Source: Candidatus Latescibacterota bacterium
GTDB taxonomy: Bacteria; Latescibacterota; UBA2968
Direction: 5' to 3'
Assembly (NCBI GenBank): GCA_965222605.1
Contig: OZ244960.1
Span: forward strand, 3,360,001-3,424,000
Length of the DNA stretch: 64,000 nucleotides
Part shown: piece after piece, positions 47,887 to 58,128 of the stretch
Layout of the letters: every line of letters starts with the position of its first letter
Numbering within the stretch: the first letter of the stretch is position 1
Position numbers and translations under genes: made by a program
Notes under the pieces: model-generated
What the model saw: the letters and a program-made list of their open reading frames with translations, nothing else
Told to the model about the DNA's origin: nothing
Databases searched by the model: none

Positions 47887-49095
47887 TTAGTCCTTACCTT
47901 TGGCGCGAATTACCTTTAGAGTCTCTCGTGCGATCATCAGTTCTTCGTTGGTTGGGATGACGAGGACGGATATGGGAGCGGTTTCTCGATGAATTGCTTC
48001 GTTCATGGGGTTGCCTTCGTTTTTTGCCTCGTCGAGATGTACGCCCAGAAATCCGAGTTTTTCACAGATGCGCGCCCGAATGAGTGGCGCGTTTTCCCCT
48101 ATTCCGGCGGTAAATACAAGCGCGTCTATCCCATCGAGAACCGCTGCGTATTTCCCGATATATTGGCGAATGCGGTAGCAGAAGATGTCGATGGCAAGTG
48201 CCGCACGCCGATTTTTCTCATAGACGGCGATTAGATCTCTGAGGTCTGATCCGATTCCGGATATGCCGATGAGACCGCTTTGATGGTTGAGCATCTGATC
48301 GATTTGATCTGGCGTCATCTGGTGTTCTCTGATCAGGTAGAGAATGATCGCCGGGTCGATGTCTCCGCTACGCGTTCCCATTACGAGTCCCTGAAGGGGT
48401 GTAAAGCCCATACTGGTGTCGATTGATTTTCCATTTGCGATAGCGGTGATGCTACAGCCGTTTCCCAGATGGCAGGTGATCAATTTTAGTATTTTCAAAG
48501 GTGAATCGAGAATTTCCGCTGCACGCCTGGCAACGTATTGATGTGATATGCCGTGGAAACCGTATTGTCGAATTTGGTATTGTTCAGAAATCGTGTAGGG
48601 CAGGGCATAAGTGTGGGCGTAGTCCGGGATGGTCTGGTGGAATGCGGTGTCGAATACCGCAACGTGTGGGATGTCGGGTAGTATTTTTTGGCAGGCGCGA
48701 ATCCCCCGCAGATTGAAGGGGTTGTGGAGTGGGGCGAGGGGGGCGCATTGTTCGATTATTTTTTCGACTTCGGACGTGATCCGGGTCGAGGCCGCGAAGT
48801 GGCTCCCGCCGTGTACAACGCGATGGCCGACTGCGTGAATTTCATCGGGCGTGCGGAGGATTCCCTTTTCCGGGTGGAGAAGGATTTCAAAGATGCGTTG
48901 AAAAACTGTCTCGTGAGCGGTTTGAGGTACAGGAATTTGATGGGTGACGCCATCCCGCCGCGTATAAAACAATTTTGCGGATGGAGAGAGTAGCCGGTCA
49001 ACGTGTCCTTTTGCGAGGCATTCTTCGCTGTCCATATCAAAACACTGATATTTAATCGAGGAACTGCCGGCGTTGATGGTGAGTATCACAGGCAT
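47887..49095 (-). CDS. ackA: Acetate kinase
   Basis: INAGSSSIK, GHRVVHGG, APLHNP, FDTAFH, HLGNG, FTAGIGEN, PTNEEL. Confidence 0.95.
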   Translation of the reverse strand: MPVILTINAGSSSIKYQCFDMDSEECLAKGHVDRLLSPSAKLFYTRRDGVTHQIPVPQTAHETVFQRIFEILLHPEKGILRTPDEIHAVGHRVVHGGSHFAASTRITSEVEKIIEQCAPLAPLHNPFNLRGIRACQKILPDIPHVAVFDTAFHQTIPDYAHTYALPYTISEQYQIRQYGFHGISHQYVARRAAEILDSPLKILKLITCHLGNGCSITAIANGKSIDTSMGFTPLQGLVMGTRSGDIDPAIILYLIREHQMTPDQIDQMLNHQSGLIGISGIGSDLRDLIAVYEKNRRAALAIDIFCYRIRQYIGKYAAVLDGIDALVFTAGIGENAPLIRARICEKLGFLGVHLDEAKNEGNPMNEAIHRETAPISVLVIPTNEELMIARETLKVIRAKGKD

Positions 49096-49105
49096 GGTTG
49101 GTCCG

Positions 49106-49966
49106 CTATCTATGGCTCCACTTAAAGGATTCATCGCTGTTCGCCTTTAGCCAGGTACGCAGAGGTACGTCCTCTTCTGAAGGCAGATAGTAGCCAGCCT
49201 GTTCGGTTGCCGCTCCGAGGAGTTGTCGGCGAATCGGGTCTATACGCTCGAAGAGATGGTCAACTTCCATTATACACTTGGGCCGGATCCAGCGATATGC
49301 ATAGCCGTAGAAGAGGACTTTTCTCGGTCTATTTAAATAGTTGGGACTCGCGGCGTGCCACAGTCGTCGGTCGAACAGGACGGCCGACCCGGCGCCGACC
49401 CGTATGGGCATGCCATTGATAGGCATTTCGGGATCGTCATCGGAATAGGTGAGTTGCTTGTTTGCCTGCTGCTCTGGAGCAATATAGAAGTTCGCCACCC
49501 CAACATCGGTGGTATCGGTCAGGAAGAAGGCAACCTTCAGCGACAACATAGGATTCACCGGGAGTCCCTCCATATCGAGGTCGCCATTGGATCGATTCTG
49601 GTCCTGATGCCAGCCTAATTTTTGACCAGCAGGCGGGGACTTGCTCGTTGGCGGCGTAGCAATCATCTGCGTGTGGAATAGATATATATTCCATCCCATG
49701 AGGCCCCAGACCTTTGGGAAGGTGGTGGGATAGTCTATGAGATCCAGAAGCGATGCGTCCTTGCCAATGCAGTCGTGTACGTTTATCCGCTGCGCCGGAT
49801 TCATGCCCTCCTCTTGCCGAATTCGTGTGTCAATGCGATCGACTGCGGCTACAGCCGTCTCGAGTATCTCCTCGTCGAGTGCTTTTTCTATGACGAAATA
49901 GCCATCGCGCTGAAACTGCTGGCGTTCCTCGTCTGTGAGTCTGTGGTCCAGGCAGGATCTATCCAT
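49106..49966 (-). CDS. PhyH-family dioxygenase
   Basis: FQRDGY, WHQD, FDRRLWHA. Confidence 0.88.
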   Translation of the reverse strand: MDRSCLDHRLTDEERQQFQRDGYFVIEKALDEEILETAVAAVDRIDTRIRQEEGMNPAQRINVHDCIGKDASLLDLIDYPTTFPKVWGLMGWNIYLFHTQMIATPPTSKSPPAGQKLGWHQDQNRSNGDLDMEGLPVNPMLSLKVAFFLTDTTDVGVANFYIAPEQQANKQLTYSDDDPEMPINGMPIRVGAGSAVLFDRRLWHAASPNYLNRPRKVLFYGYAYRWIRPKCIMEVDHLFERIDPIRRQLLGAATEQAGYYLPSEEDVPLRTWLKANSDESFKWSHR

Positions 49967-50015
49967 TCGTCAATCTCCTGTTAGGAGTTTCTCCTCTGCG
50001 GCAATCCCATCAACC

Positions 50016-52292
50016 TCAATCAGCCTTCAACTCCAGATCCAGAAACGCCTGTTTCTCTTCTCCCGAGTGCAGGTCTTTCACCCGCACATTCAGCCGGAAA
50101 TCTCCCTTCCCGGCATTGCTCAGGTCCAGCGCCAGATACTCCGCAGTATCGGGCGTATCTCCCAGATATTCTACTTCTACGGAGGTTGTGGGTTTGTCCT
50201 TGCTGCCGAAGATTCTGAGCAAATCCTTGAGCACCGTCTTGGTTTCTTTCTCAATTTTTGCCACCGTATATTCAATCACAAAAGACGTCGTCCCGAACTC
50301 ATCGGGTGTCAGATTATAGACCTCGAAATACACATACATCGGCCGGGCCGGGTCGAATCGCCGCGTCGGATTGGGCACCAGGCGGTGGTCCCGGAAGGCA
50401 AATCGGCCAGAATCCGAAGCCGCAATTTCATAGGCCGGTACAATGCTGCTCACATCCAGCCGCACCTGCGAAAATGCCGGTATCTCCAGTGTTCCCTTCC
50501 ACCCCCCGAAGCGTCCTTCTCGGGTCTGTTGAATAAAAAAGGCATTGTTATAGGTATCGGGCCTCACCCGAAATCGAACCGTGCCGAGTCCCATCCCCCC
50601 AAACCAGCGCATATCCCGCCGGATCACGCCTTCCCGCTGCCGGGCAACCCGGTTCCAGTCCCGATCGTGCAGCGTCATGCCATATTCGTAAACCGCAGAC
50701 GTATCGGCCAGATTCTCCAGATTCTTATTCGACAGCGGAACTCCGTAAAAACACACTGCATCCGTCTTTTCTTTTCCTTTGAAAAATCCGATATACATAT
50801 GAAAAGGGAGCGGGTCAACATCCAGCCATGTATGGCGGTCCGTACGCAGCGCCACATCCACCGCCTGCCGACTCTGCAGGGTAATCTCATTTTGAATCTG
50901 CATCTGGTAGAGCGGGTCCCGGAACCGATCCGGATACAGATAGGGCGGCCCCCACATGTCCCGGTCCTCCAGCGTGGGCGGATAGGGCGCCAACCGCCAG
51001 TTGTTCCGCGTCCCGTGCCGGTCGATATTAAAATGAAAAATCATCTGAGGCAGAGCGGGCGTCGGGTCGTAGAACCAGGACTCGTTTTGGATTAGATCCT
51101 GGTCGATGGTCCGGGCCCGGTCGGCCGGATCCCCGTGGCGAATATAGATCAGCCCTTTGTCGTTCAGCCGGTCGTTGAGCGCAAAAGCAGGCGGGAAATT
51201 GAACACGCTCAGTTTATCGGGATTGTTGAACCACGCGCGCAGCTCGTCATACCGGTAATACGTCTCAGCCACCATCAAACGCCTGTAATGTTCGGCCAAC
51301 CGGGCGTTATACGACAGGGCCGGTGTGGGGTCTCTGCGAAGCCAGAAGCGTCGAAAAAAGTCGGCATAGTCCTCCGGTGTGACCAGGGACAGGAAGTGCC
51401 GCAGTTCCTTATCCGTCACAACATACTTCACATCCTCGAAAATCAGCTCGGCATCCAGGCGGTTGCGGATATGATCGACCGCTTCAAAGAAATACGCCTC
51501 GGCCGTTCGCGGCGGACCCAGAGCGTAGTACACCCGGGCAAGAGACAACCTTGCCGGCGCCGGGCTGATGGCCGAATCCGATGCCAACCAGGCCTTCAAT
51601 GTCTCGCCAGCCTGCTCCAGATCTCCGGCCAGCCGTTCGGCTTCTCCCACAAAATAGTCCGCGTGCTCGGTCCCCTGAATCTCCAGCCAGCCTTTCGTCT
51701 CCACCGGGTCACCGTGGTCCAGCAGGTAGCGGTAGAGCCGGAACAGCCCCCGCTGGCTGGCCGTCAGATGCGGCTTTGCCGCCACCTGTCGGTGTCCAAG
51801 ATAAATCGCCTCCCGGTACTTTCGCCGGTACCGCTCTAACGTTGCATACTGGTAGAATCCGTCCAGGTAGAGCGAATCTGCCGCAATGAGCCGCTTAAAG
51901 TATCTCTCTGCCTTGTCCCATTCCCGCTTCCGAAACAGCGTCGCCTTAAACTTTCCCGTTTCGCGGTGGCTAAGAGCCAGGTGGTAAAGCGTCTCCGGGT
52001 CCTCTGGAATCGTTTTAAGGACTTTTTGGTACCACTTCTTCGCCTTGCCCCAGTCCTCCTGGAGAACCCCCACCTTCCCCAGACCCTTCATCGCCGGGAT
52101 CAGCTTTCGATCCCGTTTCAGGGCCCGCTCAAACGCATCCTCGGCCTCCCGAAACTGTTTCTGCACAATCAGTGCATGGCCTTCATCTACCAGCCGCAGG
52201 GCCTGAGAGTCTCCCGCCTCGTCGGCCGGTGCCGTGCCGGACGCCAGGATTAAAACAACAAACACACGAAACCAGAAGCGCCAGATATCCAT
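50016..52292 (-). CDS. Secreted TPR + GWxTD-domain protein
   Basis: Signal peptide, TPRs, FWLRRDPTP...EHYRR...DKGLIYIRHGDP...ESWFY. Confidence 0.8.
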   Translation of the reverse strand: MDIWRFWFRVFVVLILASGTAPADEAGDSQALRLVDEGHALIVQKQFREAEDAFERALKRDRKLIPAMKGLGKVGVLQEDWGKAKKWYQKVLKTIPEDPETLYHLALSHRETGKFKATLFRKREWDKAERYFKRLIAADSLYLDGFYQYATLERYRRKYREAIYLGHRQVAAKPHLTASQRGLFRLYRYLLDHGDPVETKGWLEIQGTEHADYFVGEAERLAGDLEQAGETLKAWLASDSAISPAPARLSLARVYYALGPPRTAEAYFFEAVDHIRNRLDAELIFEDVKYVVTDKELRHFLSLVTPEDYADFFRRFWLRRDPTPALSYNARLAEHYRRLMVAETYYRYDELRAWFNNPDKLSVFNFPPAFALNDRLNDKGLIYIRHGDPADRARTIDQDLIQNESWFYDPTPALPQMIFHFNIDRHGTRNNWRLAPYPPTLEDRDMWGPPYLYPDRFRDPLYQMQIQNEITLQSRQAVDVALRTDRHTWLDVDPLPFHMYIGFFKGKEKTDAVCFYGVPLSNKNLENLADTSAVYEYGMTLHDRDWNRVARQREGVIRRDMRWFGGMGLGTVRFRVRPDTYNNAFFIQQTREGRFGGWKGTLEIPAFSQVRLDVSSIVPAYEIAASDSGRFAFRDHRLVPNPTRRFDPARPMYVYFEVYNLTPDEFGTTSFVIEYTVAKIEKETKTVLKDLLRIFGSKDKPTTSVEVEYLGDTPDTAEYLALDLSNAGKGDFRLNVRVKDLHSGEEKQAFLDLELKAD

Positions 52293-52309
52293 AAATATTT
52301 CCAAAGAAG

Positions 52310-53086
52310 TCAACGCGTTTCTGCAATCACCGGATTACGCAAGATTCCGATCCCCGAAATCTCAATCTCGATCGTATCGCCGGGGGCAAACGGCCCCACC
52401 CCGGACGGTGTTCCGGTCATGATCACGTCGCCCGGCAGCAGGGTCATCGCCTCGCTGATGTAGGAAATCAGCTGGGCAACCGAAAACAGCAAATCGGATG
52501 TATTGGCCTGCTGCCTGACCTCACCGTTCAGCCGGGTGGTCACGTCCAAATGGGTCGGATCCAGCCCGGTTGCAATCACCGGACCGAGGGGACAGAAGGT
52601 ATCGAACCCCTTCCCGATGAGCATACAGCCCAACGCCATTTCAGCCGCCTGAATCACGCGTTCGCTCACATCGTTGCCGCAGGTATAGCCCAGCACGCAG
52701 TCCAGGGCTTCCGCATCCGGCACCCTTCGGGCCGTCTTCCCGATGACAACGGCCAGCTCGCATTCGTAATGGATCTCCTTACCTTGATGGGGATAGACGA
52801 TCGGCTCTTCGGGGCCGATGACCCCGGTAGAAGGCTTCATAAACAGCATCGGAAACGGGGGCGGATCCTGGCCGCTTTCGCGGGCGTGTTCTGAGTAGTT
52901 CAAACCCACCCCGATGACCCTGGGGGCTTCGACCGGTGCGAGCACACGCACCCGATCCAGATGTGTAACCACATCGCTGGTATCCAGGCTTTCGAAGGGA
53001 GAACCGGTCAGCCTGCGAACCGTACCATCCTCCTCCAGAATGCCATAATGGATTTCCCCATCGGCACTATACCGTAGAATCTTCAT
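52310..53086 (-). CDS. Fumarylacetoacetate hydrolase family protein
   Basis: GLNY, FMKP, HYECEL, GNDVS, KGFDTF, TGTP. Confidence 0.93.
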   Translation of the reverse strand: MKILRYSADGEIHYGILEEDGTVRRLTGSPFESLDTSDVVTHLDRVRVLAPVEAPRVIGVGLNYSEHARESGQDPPPFPMLFMKPSTGVIGPEEPIVYPHQGKEIHYECELAVVIGKTARRVPDAEALDCVLGYTCGNDVSERVIQAAEMALGCMLIGKGFDTFCPLGPVIATGLDPTHLDVTTRLNGEVRQQANTSDLLFSVAQLISYISEAMTLLPGDVIMTGTPSGVGPFAPGDTIEIEISGIGILRNPVIAETR

Positions 53087-54039
53087 TTTTTTCTCCTTTC
53101 AGACATTCCCTGTCCAGACCGGTCAGCGCTTTCCACAAAAGACCGGTAGCATGCGTTCATATCTGCTTCCTCCGCATCGCCGTCGTGAACAACAATCCGC
53201 ACCGCCAGATCCAGGACCCCATTCCGTTTGATTGCCACTTGCTTTTTCGCAAACGGATTCAGCGCCAGGATGCCCCAATCGGAAACGTACCAGGTCTTGC
53301 AGGCATCAGACGGATAGGAAAACAGGGCCACACCTGCCCGCCTGTTAGCTGCAACCGTTCCCGAACAGTCCACCCAATCGGCGCATTCTCCCGAAATCAC
53401 CTCGCTGCTGGAACGGCCGGCAGAATCGGTCAGCCTCCCCCCGCTGGTTACCCGCAACGCCTCTGCTATGCGGACTCCGAAATAGGCGTGCCGCGTAGGA
53501 CCAATATGGATATCCCAATCAGTCGGCCGTAACTGCGAGCGGATGTCGATCTGATTATTTACTTCGCCGGGATAGATATTGATCGTCCTGTTTTCGACGA
53601 GCAGGATGCGCCCCTCGGGAGCGGCCCACTCGGAGGGCCCCTGCCAGTTGAGCGTCTGAATCAACCGGAGGTGCGCTTGCGAGACTTCTATGCTTTCGAC
53701 CGACACGCTCAGGATGCGTCCGGGAGCGCGTCCCTGGAAGGTCTCGTTGACGTAAAAGTTATAGGTAGCCTCCTCATAGGCGCCTGTGGAGAAAGGCAGG
53801 TGGCAGTGCACATGGTCGGCGCCGATCCAGAGCGAATTGTGGTGCGGGTGATCCACTGGACTCTCGGTGGTCACGGCAAAGCCGGAAGGCGTGTACACCG
53901 GGAAGAGATAAGCGCGGAATGCCCCCTGGCTCAGGGACGCAATATCCCGTCCGCGCCAGCGCACGTTCAGCCGATGGGACTTGGCCCAGGCTCCACTGGA
54001 CAGAGAGACGATGTCGTCTTCAACGGAAAAGAACGGCAT
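53083..54039 (-). CDS. PmoA-like/DUF6807 family protein
   Basis: YLFPVYTPSG..VT..P.DHPHH.SLW. Confidence 0.75.
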   Translation of the reverse strand: MPFFSVEDDIVSLSSGAWAKSHRLNVRWRGRDIASLSQGAFRAYLFPVYTPSGFAVTTESPVDHPHHNSLWIGADHVHCHLPFSTGAYEEATYNFYVNETFQGRAPGRILSVSVESIEVSQAHLRLIQTLNWQGPSEWAAPEGRILLVENRTINIYPGEVNNQIDIRSQLRPTDWDIHIGPTRHAYFGVRIAEALRVTSGGRLTDSAGRSSSEVISGECADWVDCSGTVAANRRAGVALFSYPSDACKTWYVSDWGILALNPFAKKQVAIKRNGVLDLAVRIVVHDGDAEEADMNACYRSFVESADRSGQGMSERRKK

Positions 54040-54052
54040 GTTTACCCCTTCA

Positions 54053-55318
54053 TTAGTCCACTTTTTCCACTTCCAGATTTCCTTCGACTTCGACCTTGAT
54101 CACGGGAAGCCAGGCCGATTTCAACTCCTCGGAGATGGGTATGGTAAGGGTCTGAACACCGGGTCGCTCCAGATAAGCAGTACTGAAATTCAATGCTTCT
54201 CCTGTCGTGAGCAAAGAAAGCGTTTTCACGCGGTTTCTGAGATTGAATAAGGTAATGGTCTCCGAGGAAGTATCGAATAACGTCAGATAAAGCGTCGACT
54301 GCTTGCGGGTAACCCGTCCCCAGTCGAACTCCTGGAACCAGGGACTGCACTGGGTTTCATAAATAGCCTCTCCGTGAACCTGCATCCACTCGCCGATCTG
54401 CACCAGCCGGTCCACACTTGCCTGTGGGAAGGTTCCATCGGCCTTCGGGCCGACATTGAGCAGGTAATTCACACCTTTGGAAGTCAGATCCACCAGTGTT
54501 CGCAGCAAGGTATCGGTCGATTTCCAATCCTCATCGTATGAACAATAACCCCACGTATGATTCATCGTCCCCGGGCACTCCCAGGCTCCGTCCATACGGG
54601 CGGGCGGAATTTGATTGTCGCCCGTCACCCCATAGTCCCCCAGGCCACAACCCAATCTGGTCGTGGTCAGGCAGTCCGGTTGATATTCCTTGACCAGTTC
54701 GTAGAGTTCTCCAGCCTGCTTTTTCGTGATCCACCCCGGCGTATCGAACCAGACCAACAGCACATCTCCGTATAAGGTAAGCAGTTCGCGCAACTGGGGC
54801 TTTACTTTTGTATCCAGGTAGATATCGAGGTTGCGGTCTTCACTGTCGGGCCAATCCCACGTATTTCCGTGCGGATCCCGAGAGTGATAGTCGTCCCAAT
54901 CTCGGGCATGGGAATAATAGAAGCCGATCTTCAGACCCGCTTCTCTGCACGCCTCGCAAAGCGCTTTCAGAATATCCTTCCCATAAGGCGTGCTATCTAC
55001 AATGTTATAATCATCGTAGCCGGACGCAAACATGGCAAACCCATCGTGATGTTTGGCCGTGATCACAATGTACTTCATCCCGGCATCTCTGGCGATTTTC
55101 ACCCACTGATCGGGGCGGTATTTCACAGGGTTGAAATGCTCTGCCAGTTTGTGGTATTCGACGCGAGGAATTTTAAGTTCTCTCATGATATGTTCTTTGA
55201 CCGGCCCGCGTTGTCGCGTGCCGCGATATTCACCGGCGAGAACCGCGTACAGTCCCCAGTGAATAAACAGGCCGAATTTCATATCCTGAAATGCGTCGAG
55301 ACGCTTCTCCTCAGCCAT
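54053..55318 (-). CDS. GH29 alpha-L-fucosidase
   Basis: KFGLFIHWG, TAKHHDGF, WFD nucleophile, LLNVGP. Confidence 0.93.
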   Translation of the reverse strand: MAEEKRLDAFQDMKFGLFIHWGLYAVLAGEYRGTRQRGPVKEHIMRELKIPRVEYHKLAEHFNPVKYRPDQWVKIARDAGMKYIVITAKHHDGFAMFASGYDDYNIVDSTPYGKDILKALCEACREAGLKIGFYYSHARDWDDYHSRDPHGNTWDWPDSEDRNLDIYLDTKVKPQLRELLTLYGDVLLVWFDTPGWITKKQAGELYELVKEYQPDCLTTTRLGCGLGDYGVTGDNQIPPARMDGAWECPGTMNHTWGYCSYDEDWKSTDTLLRTLVDLTSKGVNYLLNVGPKADGTFPQASVDRLVQIGEWMQVHGEAIYETQCSPWFQEFDWGRVTRKQSTLYLTLFDTSSETITLFNLRNRVKTLSLLTTGEALNFSTAYLERPGVQTLTIPISEELKSAWLPVIKVEVEGNLEVEKVD

Positions 55319-55359
55319 TCCAATACACGCCTTTCTTTTTATAAACGCAATGTCTCTAC

Positions 55360-56853
55360 TCAGAGCACTTCTACTGTCCGTCGCTCCACTTCCTCCTGGT
55401 GGACCTGTCGCAAGCGGTCGCAAATGATGCGTTTTCTGTCTTCGGGGTCTTCTGTCGGGAACTGCATGCCGATGCGGGTGAACAGGGGTTTGTACCCGCG
55501 GGCGTGATTGAGTTGCGTGTCGGTGAGAAATGTTAGCAGCCTGTTGCGGAGACGCTGGGCTGTGTCTGCATGTGCGGACGACTGGGCAAGGTTCTGTATT
55601 TCATGCGGGTCGTTGTGCAGGTCGAACAGGCGTTCATTTTGGGCCTGGATGGACCATTTCCACCGGGCGTCGCGCACCATGTAGCAGAACTGGTCGTTGC
55701 GGGAGATTTCAGAGAAGACGGCATCGTGAACGCGGTCGGTCTCGCCGCTGACGATGGGGAGGAGTGAAACTGCCTGACAGTAGTCCGGGATTTCTGCGCC
55801 CGCCAGATCCAGGAAGGTTGGAAACAGGTCCAGGAAGGAGACCGGTGAGGCGTTGCGGTGTCCAGCAGTGCCGACGGGTGCGGCTGGTCCGCCGATGATG
55901 AGTGGTACGCGCGCCGATCCCTCTTCGAAGCCGGTTTTGGAGACGAGGCCGTGCTCACCCATGCGTTCTCCGTGGTCGGAGATAAATACGATGACGGTGT
56001 TTTCCCAGTTGCCGCGTTTTTTCAGGGCGGCTACGATTTCTCCAACGCGGTCGTCGAGATGGATGATCTTGCCCATGTACTGAGCGGTCATTTCGGCGAT
56101 GGCCTGGCGACCGTATTTGCAGCGTTTCTCGTTGTAGTTCTCTGGCAGGACGACATCGGCCGGATCGTACATTTTGGCGTATTTTCCGGGTGCGTCCAGA
56201 GGTGGATGAGGTCCGGGAAAACTGGCGCAGAGGAATAGGGGTTTGTCGGTGGGCGCGCGATCGAGGTACGCCAGGGTTTGTCGGCAGACATAGCCGTCCG
56301 GAGTCATGTCCGGTGGTAGCGGTGAGGGCCGGGGGGTGTATTGTCCATCTACGTAGCGGTCGCCGATGTCGGTGATAAAGGTGTCGAGGAGTCCCTCTTC
56401 TTTTAGCAGGCGGCTGTAGCCCGTTTTCAGGAAGGGTCCTTGAAATGGCGTTGAGGTTTCTTCAGCCCAGTCCAGGCCGAGTTGGTCGTAATAATCGCGG
56501 TAGTCTTCATAATCCTGACCCCATTCCAGGCTGAAGTAGTGGTATTTCCCGATTTTCGCGGTGGTATAGCCGGATTCTTGCAAGCAGCGGAAGAGTGTGA
56601 CTTGTTCGGGCGGGAATAGCATGCCGGTGTAGTTGCAAAAGAATCCGTGTGCGTGCGGGTAGAGGCCGCTGGCGAGCGATGCGCGCGCCGGCATACATAC
56701 GGGCGATGGCGTATAGGCCGCGTCGAAGATACAGCCGCTGGCTGCAAGCGCATCGAGGTGCGGGGTCTGGACCTGCGGGTGTCCCGCGCACCCCAGATAG
56801 CGCGCGTTCCACTGGTCGGAACAGATGAAGATGATGTCGGGTTGGGTATTCAT
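55360..56853 (-). CDS. Formylglycine-type sulfatase
   Basis: PDIIFICSDQ, CMPAR, GKYH, SDHG. Confidence 0.92.
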   Translation of the reverse strand: MNTQPDIIFICSDQWNARYLGCAGHPQVQTPHLDALAASGCIFDAAYTPSPVCMPARASLASGLYPHAHGFFCNYTGMLFPPEQVTLFRCLQESGYTTAKIGKYHYFSLEWGQDYEDYRDYYDQLGLDWAEETSTPFQGPFLKTGYSRLLKEEGLLDTFITDIGDRYVDGQYTPRPSPLPPDMTPDGYVCRQTLAYLDRAPTDKPLFLCASFPGPHPPLDAPGKYAKMYDPADVVLPENYNEKRCKYGRQAIAEMTAQYMGKIIHLDDRVGEIVAALKKRGNWENTVIVFISDHGERMGEHGLVSKTGFEEGSARVPLIIGGPAAPVGTAGHRNASPVSFLDLFPTFLDLAGAEIPDYCQAVSLLPIVSGETDRVHDAVFSEISRNDQFCYMVRDARWKWSIQAQNERLFDLHNDPHEIQNLAQSSAHADTAQRLRNRLLTFLTDTQLNHARGYKPLFTRIGMQFPTEDPEDRKRIICDRLRQVHQEEVERRTVEVL

Positions 56854-56988
56854 GGGTGCTCCTCTGTTGATCTGGGTTCTTATCATTGGGGCTTATATAT
56901 TTAAATAACAAACGACCAATACACAATTACATTATTCTAATCCCGTTATTTAATAACGGGGTTTTTTTGTAGTTATATCCGAAACACG

Positions 56989-57017
56989 TTGACTTGCCTA
57001 CCAATACCCTTTATCTT
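56989..57017 (+). promoter_or_regulatory. Sigma70 promoter of candidate structured RNA
   Basis: TTGACT-17 nt-TATCTT; predicted +1 near 57024. Confidence 0.6.
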
Positions 57018-57023
57018 TTACAC

Positions 57024-57185
57024 GTCTATTGTCAAGCAAACCCGCTATGTCGGGTAGCTTGCTGAATATAATAGCCTTGTGCTTACATGGGGTAGCTCCC
57101 TATGTACAGGCAAATAGGCAAGATTTCCCGCACATCGTTTGCGCGACAATAGACCTGCCCGGCACTTTTCGGAGCAGGTTATTTT
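57024..57185 (+). ncRNA. Candidate structured small RNA/attenuator
   Basis: 18-bp closing stem (2 mismatches) 57024-57041/57137-57154, nested stems, then hairpin ACCTGC...GCAGGT and T-rich tail. Confidence 0.5.
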
Positions 57186-57293
57186 AATATAAACAGGACT
57201 TACGCAAATCAATAGACAAAAGGGTATTCCATCCTTAAACTTCCCGCATAGGCGCGTAACGTGAACGAGGAGGAGTTTTGATGGACAAACCGA

Positions 57294-57323
57294 CCTGTCT
57301 GCGTGCGTACACGCACAGGCAGG
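57294..57323. repeat. 30-bp hairpin micro-insertion
   Basis: CCTGTCTGCGTGCGTACACGCACAGGCAGG; removal gives MDKPTSLDYCQY. Confidence 0.85.
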
Positions 57324-57379
57324 CCAGCTTGGATTACTGTCAGTATTTGCTCAGCAGTCCGATCAACTATACGCTGACG

Positions 57380-57431
57380 CCTGCCTGCTTGCCTGCGCGT
57401 TGCGCGCAAGCAGGTGCAGATGGCAGACAGG
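57380..57431. repeat. Nested micro-insertions (27-mer at 57388-57414 inside a 25-mer)
   Basis: CCTGCCTG[CTTGCCTGCGCGTTGCGCGCAAGCAGG]TGCAGATGGCAGACAGG; removal gives NYTLTHFADH. Confidence 0.88.
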
Positions 57432-58128
57432 CATTTTGCAGACCACAGCGAAGGCTTCAGCCATGATATGATCAATCGGTATCTGGCCGGAGATCGCATT
57501 GCCCCGCGCTTGGTCTGGGAACATGTCAAGTCGGCTATCGCATTAACGCCAAAGGGCTATGTGATCTTCGATGATACGGTCTTGGACAAACGCCATGCGC
57601 GAAAGATAGGACTTGTTCGTCGTCAATATAGTGGCAATGCCAAAGGGGTCATCAATGGCATCGGCGTGGTCACTTGCGTTTATGTCAATCCCGAACAAGA
57701 CCGGTTTTGGATCATTGACTATCGCATATATGACCCGCAAGGCGATGGCAAGACCAAGTTAGATCACGTCGTTGAGATGCTCTCCTTGTTGGTCTATCAA
57801 AAACACTTGCCTTTTCAGACGGTATTGATGGATAGTTGGTATGCGACCAAAGCTGTGATGCTACACATTGAGAAGTTGCAAAAAATCTATTATTGTCCCC
57901 TCAAGTCCAATCGGCGTGTGGACGATTCTTTAGGGCAATATCCCTATCAGCGAATAGATAGCCTGACTTGGACAGATAGCGAATCTCACGCAGGCAAACA
58001 CATTAAAATCAGAGGCTTTCCCAAAGACCACAAGGTGAAATTATTTCGGGTGGTGTCCTCTACCGGGCACACGGAACATGTCGTGACCAACGACAAGGCT
58101 CAAAAGGATACCCAAGTGGCACAACAGG

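Noticed and set aside
53083-54039. Methane monooxygenase
   Set aside because: Soluble PmoA-like/DUF6807 family without TM helices or pmoBC; the family name is misleading.
56942-56968. Palindrome CCCGTTATTTAATAACGGG with T-run as a terminator
   Set aside because: Lies between divergent transcription units with no + strand gene upstream; could be an operator, and function cannot be supported.
57024-57154. SRP RNA or tRNA identity for the structured RNA
   Set aside because: No SRP helix-8 GNRA/AGCAG motif and no TTC T-loop cloverleaf.
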